From Oculina patagonica (lineage: Eukaryota): a stretch of 64,000 bases of DNA. The stretch is taken from NCBI RefSeq assembly GCF_052425735.1, contig NC_135769.1, positions 30,938,001 through 31,002,000 of the forward strand, in the 5' to 3' direction. Positions 24,601 to 36,600 of this stretch are shown here, in pieces. The notes under the pieces are model-generated. The model saw only the letters and a program-made list of their open reading frames with translations, searched no databases and was not told where the DNA came from. The position numbers and the translations under genes are program-made. The number at the start of each line of letters is the position of its first letter. The stretch's first letter is position 1.

Positions 24601-27600
24601 TCAAAGCGATCGTGTCAGCCGTACGTGATGCAGCGCCGTCATGCGAGACTTGTTTACAGATGGTCTGGTCTGGTGATATCGTATTCGTACCCTCATGCGA
24701 CATCTGCAGACAGCAATGTTTGTGGGCGTTACCAGAGAGACCAGCAGTAAGAAAGAGAGCAAGGGACGAAAGCGATTTGAGGCGAAATTCCGATCCCTCG
24801 TTTCTCGCTAAAAATCAAACGAAACGATCTCATTTTTTACATGTGGTTTAAGACTAGTATTCTCTCCCCATACGCTGTAAGAAAATCTTCAAACAAGTCG
24901 TATAAGCTGTATTTCGGGGGACGAGTTTTAGGCAGTTAAAAATGTGTTTTCGTACAATGTGGACCGGAGGATACTGGTGGCGGAAATGCGTCACGAGACA
25001 TGCGAGACGAGTGATGTTGCAATACCGTAATGTGTTTCACAAGTAACTTAGCACTCCACTTTCAATTTCTTCGGATTGCATTGATCCTCGTCTGGTAAAT
25101 TTCGCTTTTCCTGGAGAGCATTATTCATATTTTGAATCTTACCGCCGGTCGAAGGATCAGCTGTTGTTTTGAATTTCGGATTAGTGACGGTTGATTTCAT
25201 CTGTCACAGCATGGATCTCGCACGACTTCCGTTTCCGCCACCAGTATGCTTCGGGTCACATCGAGCCGATCACGTGGTATAATGTTTCGTCCCTTGTCTT
25301 TTTTTCTTCTTGGCACTTCGTGCCTCGTCGGAAAGCTTCGCTTTCCGAAAAAAAATCGTCGCTCTTCGGGCGACGATTTTTTCGCCCCAGGCGACCATTG
25401 TCAGAATACGATATCACCAGACGATTTGCAAACAAGTATCGCATGACGGTGTTTGTATCACGTACGCTTACATGCACGATCGCTTTGCTTTGAAGATCGT
25501 TTTGCACAGTAGAGATTTTGAATTGCGGACAAACTTGACTCCTCTGTGCCCTGTGTTGTTTACTGATTGTTCAGTCCTGATATAGGCTAATGGCCAATTC
25601 CCTATGAGACACACCTGCAGGGAATCATAATCATTGTTGCCAAGTCTCCTGCAGCATGTTTTGATGAAAACAACTACCTGATTCCCTGCAGGCCTAGGCG
25701 CCTCTCGCAGAGGGAATCTGTAAAATTTTGCAACATGAATTTCTTAATTTTCATTTACGAATTCTTCTGTTAGTATTTTTGTTTATAATGAGAATTTTTG
25801 CCTTTTAAATACATGTATTGTCAACATTGCAACTAGACAGTTCCACAAACTAATGGCATTATGAAAAAAATGTTAAAGAAGGGATAGAGGCAAAAAGGCT
25901 TGAAGCTAAAATTAATAAAATAAAGATGAGATTACACTGTAGTTGGAAATAGGCCTAGCAAAGCATGCAGATCCATAACGAAAAGTACATGATTAATTTT
26001 TTTGTGTCTGTGAGAATGAACATGGCAGTTTAATCTTCACTTACGTAACCCCACCCGGGAGCCTGTTCACTGGCTAAACAATTAATTCAGACTTGTATGA
26101 CAGCAAATGGCTGAATAACCATCACCTAGCCTGCATTCAATATTAATAAAAAATTTGTGAACTGGAAGTGACTACTACATTTATTTATTTTTGTACTTAA
26201 GGTACCTGATGAGGTACTGGGCATGGTGTTGCCTTCTAGATTTTAATTTTCACCAAGTTTTATCCAATGGTGTACTCAAAGGAAACAGTACAAATATTTT
26301 GTGGTGTATCATTGATAATATTGGTGGTATCGAATCTTGGGGCTTGCAGTGGTATTTCTACAGTTGGTATTTGATCGAGATATTTCATTGTTTAATATTA
26401 AAACCAAGATAGTCAGAGTGTTTTGATTTTGATTGATCTTTTGCCGCAAGATAAATTTGATACAGATTTTTTTTTTTTTTTTTTTTTTGGGGGGGGGGAA
26501 GTATTTGGGGAGAGTGGGGGTTGAATCAATTATAGTTTCAGAGTAAAGAAAATTAATAACTATATTTTTTCTTTTTTTGTTATGAACAGCGGAGGGTTCC
26601 AAAGCTCTGTCAGCACCCAAATGTACACATGATCCAGAAGTCGAGAGTTTTATAAAGGTAAGCTGCATCTGATTTAAAATAATTATCAAGCCTCACCCTA
26701 AGTTTAAGTCATTTAATATATGGTATACAGCTATTTCAATAAACGTTGTCGGGTCAAAGCTGAAAGCTAAAAGGCAAGACCGTATGGCGTTCTGGGTATT
26801 CACTACAAATTTGCATATAAGCTTCATTAAGCATCATCGCACGTGGAGAATTCACGAGTTTGTTTTTTCCTCTCAGGAGGACTTTCTGTAGCTTTACCTT
26901 CACTGTCGCTTGGTTCTGAGTTTTGAAAATTCTCCTTAAATTCAGTGTGGCTAAAACCACCTTGTTTCACATGTCTGAAGAAATAGAAAACGTGCAAATT
27001 CGCGTTTGTCATGTCATTATATATTTTAGTATTCAGCACGTGCAGTTGCCCTCTTCTTCTACCCATACTGCCTTTCAGTCTTGTCTTTAAGCTTTGATCC
27101 GGACAACGTTAATTGAAATAGCTGTATCTACAGTACTCATAAGCTAATATAGCAGTTTTTTCTCGTACAGTTCTGATACCCCCTAGCTTGCTTATTGTTC
27201 TTATCCATTTAACAAGCTGTTTTAAAATTCGGGAGACCAAAGCGAGCCAAAAATCGCACTTGTCTGCAGGGACGAATTAAAGAGTACTACAGATATTTTA
27301 GACTGATATCAGATCGTCCTCCAGTCATCGTACGCGTTCTCAGAAAACTGGGGAAATTCGATCTGATCGATAATTACAAATACTTAACTCAAATTATATT
27401 ATATGCCACTTACATTTACTTGACTCCATGTTTTCTGATCAACTTTTCCATCAAAATGAGCTTGATCCTGTGGATCGACTGTGGAAGTGCGTCTGGGAAC
27501 CCTCGAAGTCTGCTGATCTGTGCTGATACGCAAAACCGCTGGCAACCAAACTGCAGTAACAAGCGTGAAAAAATTCTGGGAAATCACCAGGAAAATCGCG

Positions 27601-30600
27601 ATTTACGGAAAATGACGTTATTTGCAGTTCGTGATCTTTCAATTCTACACTTCACGGCAAAATAAAAACTTGTTTTCCGTTACACAAATAATTCCCGTCA
27701 GTATCACTGCTCTCGGCTTTTTGGAAGATCACGTTTAGCAACAAAACAAATACTTCAATTCACGACTCTCGAAAAAACCCTTTTCAGCTTGCCTCGATGT
27801 CAACTTTGACATCGACCGATGTATAGACAGTGAGCTGTTCTGGCAGTTCCTCTTCTTTCCGCGGCTATGTTTTTCTCTTGCTTTTTTGGCGCTTCTCAAG
27901 CTTGAAGAACTAAGAGATTAAAAGTTTGCTCGCAGACTAAAGGATAGATCATAGATTTTCAACAATAATAAACCGGTTTGTTGTTTTCGCATTTCAGGAA
28001 GTTAGCAGAAATCCAAATCTATCAGAAGACGATGCCGCCATGCTTGTTGCAGCCCACATAAAATCCAAACAGCCAAAGAACTATGGGTACTACAGAGTCG
28101 GCGCTATAAGAGATATTGGGGGCGGTCACAAGCTTAGACCAAAGATGGACTCCAAACTTAGAGTGGTAAGTAACGCTTGTTATGACATGATTCACATAAA
28201 GAAGCTATATCACGGGGATTTTACAGTTTTGGTCTAAACTGTTCTGAATTTAGTGGTAGGCAACTTAAGTTAACCCATATAAAACATTATCATGAAACAA
28301 CTAAAGGAAGATATAACCTTAATTTGCGGATAGAAATCAATTAAGGACCACCAAGCTACGGCTTTAAATTTCGATTTTTGAAGACGCGCGGAAACAACTT
28401 TAAAAAGCTAGTAAGCCTTACTTTTTTAAATTGCAATTCGTTTCCATCCGAGCCATCCGCAGCTAAAGATGCTCGTTAACAGTTTAAGTGCTCTAATGTA
28501 GCAATATTTATAATAATAAACTATTATTTTTACGTTTCGTGTGACACAAATCTAAAATTTTGGCTGCTCAAAAATCTGGTAAAATCCGTGACATAGTCCC
28601 TATAAGTTTGTTTGCTAAGTAACTGGTCAGTAAAGGAGTTAGACTGATAAATTCTGCCGGTAAATTTTATTTAACAAGCTGTCAACGATAACCTCTGATT
28701 TTGCAGCGCTTTGCAAGACTTCGGACGAAACTTGCCAACCTATACTGCGTATATCGCAGGATATCTGTAGTGTTCGACTGACCATTGGCATCGCGTGCGA
28801 ATTTGTTGAATAATAATTGTTTTTAAGCGTTTTTTTTTTTACATTCACTAATTCACTTTTATTTTTATAGATCTACGAAGAGTTATCTGAAGTTGGTTTT
28901 TCGTCTTCTGGCGCTTCTGTTATCATGAGCCATGCTTTAGGTTAGTACAATAAACTGGTGCAATCTTAGTTGATTTAAACAACAAAGACTCAACAAAGGC
29001 ATTTATTTTCCTGGTCATGTACTGCAAACGCAAATCGGCAAAAAATGCACATGGACCAAAAACGTGTGCTGTACCGTCGCGCGCGAAATTTACGATTGGT
29101 TTTGGTTTGGTTTCCAGGGGCGTAGCCAGCTTTCTGAAGAGTTGTAGGCCTGGCCACTTCTAGAGGGAGAGTGGGCGGGGAGGGGGGGGGGGGGGGTTAT
29201 GCTCCAGATAAAGGCCCTCAAATGTGCTATCCGGCAGCACCTAAATTTTGGCATTTCATTGCAGAGAATGGTTCGGCAATTTTCACTCATTGTTAAATAT
29301 ATAAACGCACTTGTCTTTAACGACACATACCTATCACTTTGTAAAATAAAGTTCTCGAGTTCGAGTATAAAGTGCCAATTTAACAATATATCTTTCCAGG
29401 CGTTTCGAGCTTAGCCCTTTATCAGTGGAAGTCAAGTTGCTGTTTTGTTGAGAAATTTGCTAAGGCCACGAAAAAAGAGTTAAAGTTCCAACGCAAGCTG
29501 CGCGCGCGATGAGCGCGCGACGACTAACATTCAGTCAGCGCGGCTGACTTGTTCACAGATTGAAGATAAGTCGCTTTTCCTGACATTTTCGTTGTTTGTT
29601 CCCATCGCAGAACATGATGCTACGGACTTGTACATCTTGAATAGTGTGGCCATTTTAATTGAAATGCTTTGCGACAGGAAAGCTTGGCAGGTTTTTCTCG
29701 ATGCTGCAGAGGCGCTCAACGAAACGTTGCTGTAGCGTGCGGCCAGTTTCGGCGATGTAGATCGCAGAACAACGACGGCAAGAGATGCCATACACTGAGC
29801 CGGTTTTTTCGCAGATGAAAGTGTGCGTGCATGGAAAAGTTTTCACGTTAAGACCAGACTGGCTACTATCGGTGGTGTGAACTAAGACGTCGTGCTATTA
29901 TTAAAAAAGCCCGAAACGTTTGGAACGCTATTTTGTTAAATTGGCACTTTATACTCGAACACGAGAACTTTTTTTTTACCTTTTTATGCTTTAAAATACA
30001 AGTGTCACGCGGCCAAGAATTTCAACTTGCTAGAGACTTGATCAATCGAGAAAGGGTAGTTGCGATATTTATAATGCATATTGCTTTCTTTTTTATTTTG
30101 AAAGTGCTTCAGCCACAATTACTCTTGATAGCACATTTTAAAAATACGAGTGGGCTAAAAAATTTGTAGGCCCGGGCCTACGGGCCTATAGGCTAGATAC
30201 GCCCCTGGTTTCTGATTGGTTGAAAAAAAATCGTGTAAAGTGGCTGACTTGTTGGAGCACGTGGCACGATTTTTCGACCAATAAGAAAGCTTACCAACGC
30301 AAAAAATAGGGCCCCAATGGGTCCATGTGTTTTGCTGCTAGAGCAGTCTTAGGGAACATGTTGATGAAAGACAAGTGAGTCGAGATTGAAATCCAACGTC
30401 TTTTATTGTCTGTCACTTGTGTGCAGGTTAATAATTGCACTATATTGTAGTCACTTTGTGTTAATTCAATCCTGATAATTTTACTGATCAATGTTATGTT
30501 GAAATCAAAGACAGCAAACATAATTTAATTACTAGTAAGTTAACGTAATGTCTGACATGATTGTCTCTTTGATAAAAAACAGTAACTCTTAACATTATAA

Positions 30601-33600
30601 AAAAATCTCAATGAACTCAATGTGATTCTTTTAGTGGCGTTATCTCACTGGTTACGGTTAGTTGTATTTGGAATCATTGTCACAATGGTAGCGTTTTAAC
30701 AACAACGAAAAAGACAGAATCTATTGACCTTATAAGAACTCAATGTGATATATTTATTAGTGACAAGACAGTGGTTCTTTAACCACTTTCACCCAAATTA
30801 AACACTGGAACAACTAACTCTTAACAAACTTGTTGTGTCACCCTGAGTTAAATATGCAAAATTCAGAAATTATAAATAATCGCACGCGCACCGGCGTACA
30901 ACAACAGAAAGACGGCGTTGAACGTAACGCAAAGTTCATTTTGAAAGCGAAAGTTTACAAATAATTATTATCATTCGTCAGTCATCCCTTCACGCATGAA
31001 CACTCGTCGAATTTCAGTGTCTTCACAACAAGATCGGAAGATCGATAAGGACCAATTTTTGATTCTGCGAAAGTTCGTTTTCTTAAAGTTTTAGAAATTT
31101 GTGAAGTTGGAGGATTCACTGAGGACTGCGTAGCCGAAGATGCAGTGGCTCGCTGGACATCAAATTCTATTTTTCACGGCGTTTAATTAATCTTCACAAA
31201 ATAAACATGTGGCGCCAGCGCGCCTGGCAGTCAAAAATTCATTTTTCAAAAAACTTTCCCTTTCCAGCTATTTTAGCGGGGCTTATACTATAGTACCTAC
31301 CTGTCAGTCGTAGAAAAGCTGAAATTTAAGGATGAACTGTTTATTAAATGAAGACCGTATTATTTTTTAATAACTAGTAAACAAACTGGTCGCCACGCAT
31401 TTAAACACGAACTGACGAATGTTGCATCTGATGCAGTGAATCTGGTGAATGAGAACTTCCTTTAATATTTCTTTGTTTTCGACGGTGTGCACCACTGAAT
31501 AAGTTTCTTTCCCATTGTGATGTTACTAGTATTAATTCGTTTCTAGCTGTCTTTTATATAGCTCGAATACAGCTACAATTAGCGGTGCAGCCTACCAGCA
31601 TGGTATATTCCTTTCCAGCTGTCTTTGCGTGACAAGTTACACGTTCATACATTTTATTTTAAAATATGAAGTTCAGAGTTAATACAGTACTAGTATGCTG
31701 TAGACAGTGTAGACAAGGTGAGGGTAAGTTTATTTTCAAAGCGAAAGTTTACAAACTGTGCACTAACCGGTCCTTTGGAGAAAATATTTATGACCTTCGG
31801 CGAGGTTCCAAGTCTTCGCTCTTTTCGTAAATGATGAAAACTGCAGAATAATTTTCTCATAAAACTGGAGTGGTCGCGCCACAGTTTCTTTTCTTTCCCA
31901 ATGCGATATACTTTTAAATCGGTTTTCTGTTTTCCAACGTGTCCAACGTGGTTTGCGTTCGAATACTTTGGCCCGTAACTTCGAATGCGATCAGCGCTAC
32001 GGTTCATTGGTTTCGATTTTGTTTGTTCATGGATTTGATTGACATCGGTAGTTCAGATTTCTCCTCTGTTACGGCACTTACACCTTACGGCACTTACGGC
32101 ACAAACTTCAGCTCTCAATGTGTTTTGCTTGCAGCCATTGCGGCTGCAGCAAAACACAAAAACCAAAGCAAACGAATAGTTTTACTTTCGAAGTTTAGTG
32201 ACTAAAATTAGCTTAAAACACAAAGGCTATAAGAAACAGTGAGTGAATCTTTTTTTTTTTTTTGCTTTTTTGCAGCAGGGACTGTTCAGCCTGCTCGTGT
32301 TGAATTTGCTGCTCCAAAATGTGCTGTTCTTGAAAGCGATAAACTTGTCAGGATTGGAGTTAAACGGTCTGGAAACACGAAAATAACAGCCAGTGTAAAG
32401 TAAGTGTTAAATCCAATGTAATGAAAATTTTACTTACTTAAACGATGACGTCAGTACTGTCAATACTTCATTCGTGACTAGTGATGTCTCTCTCGTCCTT
32501 AAAGAGAGTCCATTATACTTTGGCGGTTTGGCGGTTTAAGCCAATTTTGAGTGTCCGTTTGCGGGTACATTCCCATTTATCGCGTGCGGTTTACGGTCAA
32601 GAAATTATGGCGGTTTCGGTCCGACTCCTTAGGAGAAAATGAAAGCTTTCTGCTGTCTGGGAAGAACAAAATATGGCGGTTTGCGGGATGTTAGACCTCC
32701 CTATAAATAGACCCTCTTAATTTTAGCTTTCCAGAAGATATATTTATGTGGTTTCTGTGAAGTATTCGGATTTGTGTCTAGCTTTTCTTCGACCGGCCTG
32801 GTTATATGTGACAAAATCGGAACTTCGAAAAACGTTTGTAAAATGCCCTAGCCGTTTGGCGGAAATGCAGACATGGTTGGAAGATCAAGGCCCGTTCACG
32901 CCGTCTCCAGATAAGTATTGAAATGTGTATATATATTTTTTCTAGCTATGAGACCATCAACGGTACAGCAATGGCTGGATCGGACTACGAGGCTAAAAGA
33001 GACGTGCTTGTGTTTAAACCTGGAGAGACCCTGAAACATATCGACATCACAATTATCGATGACAATGAATGGGAAGAAAATGAAGTGTTTTTCCTAAAGC
33101 TGTCTAGGTTTGATTACAAAGATGACACAGTAGACATTGGAGAGCAAAGTATTACAGAAGTAACCATTATAAATGACGACGGTAAGTCGCTTTAAGTTTA
33201 GAATCAATGAGGAAAAAGACGTTTCTTGGGTAAAGCAAGGGGAATGATAAGTTGCTTTCTAGCGTTTTGTTGTTTTGAGATCGCTAAATTCACGCCACTT
33301 TTTTCACATCTAAATTTTCCCTTTTTTCGACTGTTTCAAACACACGCCACAATAGCCCTTATGCCCTTTTGAAGAGCCAAAATGTATAGTTGTGTCGTTA
33401 GAAAACTAAAAATAGTGGTCCGTTTTTTATTAACAATTGTTATATTAGAGCATCAGAACTGTTAACAAGTGTCTTTTACTGCGGATGGCTAGGATGGAAA
33501 TGGAATGTACCTTGAAAAATTAAGCCTAAAATTTTCAAGATGTTTCCGATCATTTTCCAAAAATCGATATTTATAGCCAAAATTTGATTTCTTTCCGCAA

Positions 33601-36600
33601 ATTAGGTCAATTAAGGTTATATCTTCCTTTAGACGTTCAAAGATAACGTCTTTCATGGGTCAAGTTGCCTACCACCAATTTCAGAACAGTTTAGACAAAA
33701 ACCTGCGTAATCCCCACACGTAACTCCTTTATATTATATTCTACAGACAATCATTTGAGGCAAGTTCCAATTTTTATGATTTTCAATTTCGTTCCCAGGG
33801 CTTTTCCCTTGGTAATTTGGATTTTTACTTCTTTTTGCATAAATGTAATTTTTAACATGACTTCATTACCATCGATAGAACCCGGGACGTTTTCACTGGA
33901 GAATCCGAGCTACGTCATCAAAGAAAGCATCGGTAAAGCTCACATCAAAGTCGAGAGGACCCAAGGTACTGATGGGAAGGTCGAGGTCACGTGGAAAACC
34001 AGGGATCAGACGGCCGTGAACGGAAAAGACTACCACGGGGGGACTGGGACTTTGGTTTTTGAACACGGTGAACAAGTGAAATACATTCCAATAGACATTA
34101 TTGATGATAAAGATTTTGAAAAAGACGAAACGTTTCTTGTGGAACTCATGGAAACCTCGGAGGGAGCAAAAATTGGAAATATACGAAGTGCGGCGGTCAC
34201 TATAGTGAATGATGACGGTAAGCTAGCTAGGCATTTGCTATTTTGATGGATTAATAAACCTCTTATCTCTTGATAACCGTTTATATTTAAGGACAGGTTG
34301 TATAAGAATCCAGGACCTGATAAACTCACGGAAGACGTTTAGACTGTGAACGAAACTATCTTAAGACAAAAGAGATTTTTTTCAATTCTTGCGTCTTGGT
34401 CGACATATCGAAAGTAACGTAATGATCCCCCTCAGAATAAGCCCCCCCCCCCCTCCCCCCCACAATCTACCGTAATGTAAGTTCGCCTACGAACTATTGC
34501 GGACGTATTTTCGGCCGTTATGTCTCTCCCGGGAGGGAAGCAACGGCCTGAAATTCGCCTACGTTCGCAGGCTAAACGTACTGAAGTCCATGTTGATTGC
34601 TTTTAAACTAAGAATGAGATAACTTTCTCTGATTAAAAGCCACCTTCTGTTTTGTATTTTGTGTCGTTAGAGTCTGCTCATGTAGAGAATTGTAATGTTC
34701 ATTTAATGACTGTACGTAGATTTTTGGAGTGTTATTTCTATTATTAAAAATGTACTTACTATTTTTTATTCGCAACATCGCTCCTGCAAATATAAACCCA
34801 AACGTAAATAGGCTCCCACCCGACTAAGAAATTAAGCCACGAAAAAAAAGCCATTTCAACAAACAAAATATATTATGACCACGGCATCCATTATCGAATT
34901 TTTGCGGTATTTAGACTATGAGACTATGATTGACCATACTTTTAAACTAATGACCGTGAAATCTGCTGTATGCTTATTCTTTAAACAGACACTTAAGCTT
35001 TGCTTGTTTGATTGTGTTATTCAGAGTATCGCCGCTTATTTGACCGGGTAGTATCGCTGACTCATTTAAACCTTCGCCGCTTGGAGCTTGGATCCGAGAC
35101 GTGGGGCGCGCAGTTCAGAGAAGCCATGTCAGTGAATGGCGGTGACGTGGAGAATGCGACCACACTCGATTACGTCATGCACTTTTTGACCTTTGCTTGG
35201 AAGGTGGGTTAATTGTTGTTAATTTGGAAGAATATTCTAAACTGATTATGTACGGAAGCTCTACAGAAACAGATCCGTGAAGTGTCCCTGTTAGGGGTAT
35301 CAAATGGTCCTTGCGGGCATTTACGAGCATGCGAGCACGGCGTTTTTCTTTGCGAGCACGAGCATTGACAAAAATTAGCCTTGCGAGCAACGTGCACTTT
35401 TCAAAAAGCTACCCCTCTAAAAACCGAGCACGCGAGCACTTGTAAAAATGTGCGAGCACGAGCAAACGAGCACCCACTAAAAATTTTGCGAGCATTCAGA
35501 GCAAAAGCTTATTTTTGCGAGCACTGCGACATTTTGAGGGACCCCTTCTGTTTGAATTTATCTTACACAGTATAGGCCATAAACATGCATAAACAGTTAC
35601 TACAACATTAGTAAACAACTAAAAGGGCCAAGTCAATAGCATCCTCGGAGACCCAGGGGCAGTTAGTGGGGCGAAACGAAGGAAAACCGGGCAGAAATCG
35701 TAGTGACGAAAGTTTTCAAGAACGGCACGAAGTACGATTTCTGCCCGGTTTTCCTTCATTTCGCCCCACTAACTGCCCCTGGGTCTCCGAGGATGAGTCA
35801 ATAGCTAAAATCAGCCGACAATACTGGACTGGGTAAAGATCCTGCAGCTGCTTTTCAGTCATTCATGCCCGGGGGGGGGGGGGGGGTACTCTCATAAATT
35901 TCGGATAGGGGTGTACCGCCAAGGTTCTTAAACCCTGACCCTATTTAAGGATAAAGAAACCGAAAATTGATACCCTTTTAAGGCCCAAAACCGAAAAATA
36001 ACACCCTATTCAAGGGGAGCAGAAGCATTCCATGACGACCCAAATAACGGCTAACCGCGCACGGCAAGACACAAATCTCTATAAATCGCTTTACTAATAC
36101 CTGAACAGAAAATTCAGTTTTAAGATACCTTTTTTGGTTTAGCTGGGCGTTTATTTTAGCTTATAGAATTTAGGTACCCTATCTAAGGATCACACCGGGA
36201 ACTCCAAAAGGAGCAAAAATGATACCCTATTTAAGGACCGAGAACCTTAAAAACCATACCCTATCGGGCGGCACATACCTATATAGGCCACTGTGGGAGT
36301 ACCCCCCCCCCCCGGGCATTCATGCAATAAATCTCTTATTAGAGGGTGGTAAGTGTAGCCTCCTTTCGTAGACGTTTTTTTGCCTCGTCACGCAATGACA
36401 AGCCAAAAGAACATATGTTCAGGAGGCTAAATAGACTAAGTAAAGTGGGGTCTAGATCACGTTTCACGAAATCACGATCCACGAGGAAAAAGGGCCTTTC
36501 ACGGATAACGATGACACCCTTTACCACCCTCGATCACATTTCACGGGAAAAACACCTATCCATTTCACGATTCACGAGCGGAAAAAGGCCTTTCACAGAT

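Noticed and set aside
24528-25555. RAG/Transib-like element (CACAG heptamer-like end)
   Set aside because: The TSD is 7 bp, not the 5 bp expected, and there is no nonamer-like motif or RAG-like coding remnant.
24576-25585. Paired ORFs beginning MQNDL on opposite strands
   Set aside because: Artefact of the long TIRs.
26201-26220. Hammerhead core CTGATGA
   Set aside because: It is the loop of a short GTACC/GGTAC hairpin, with no downstream stem II-GAAA.
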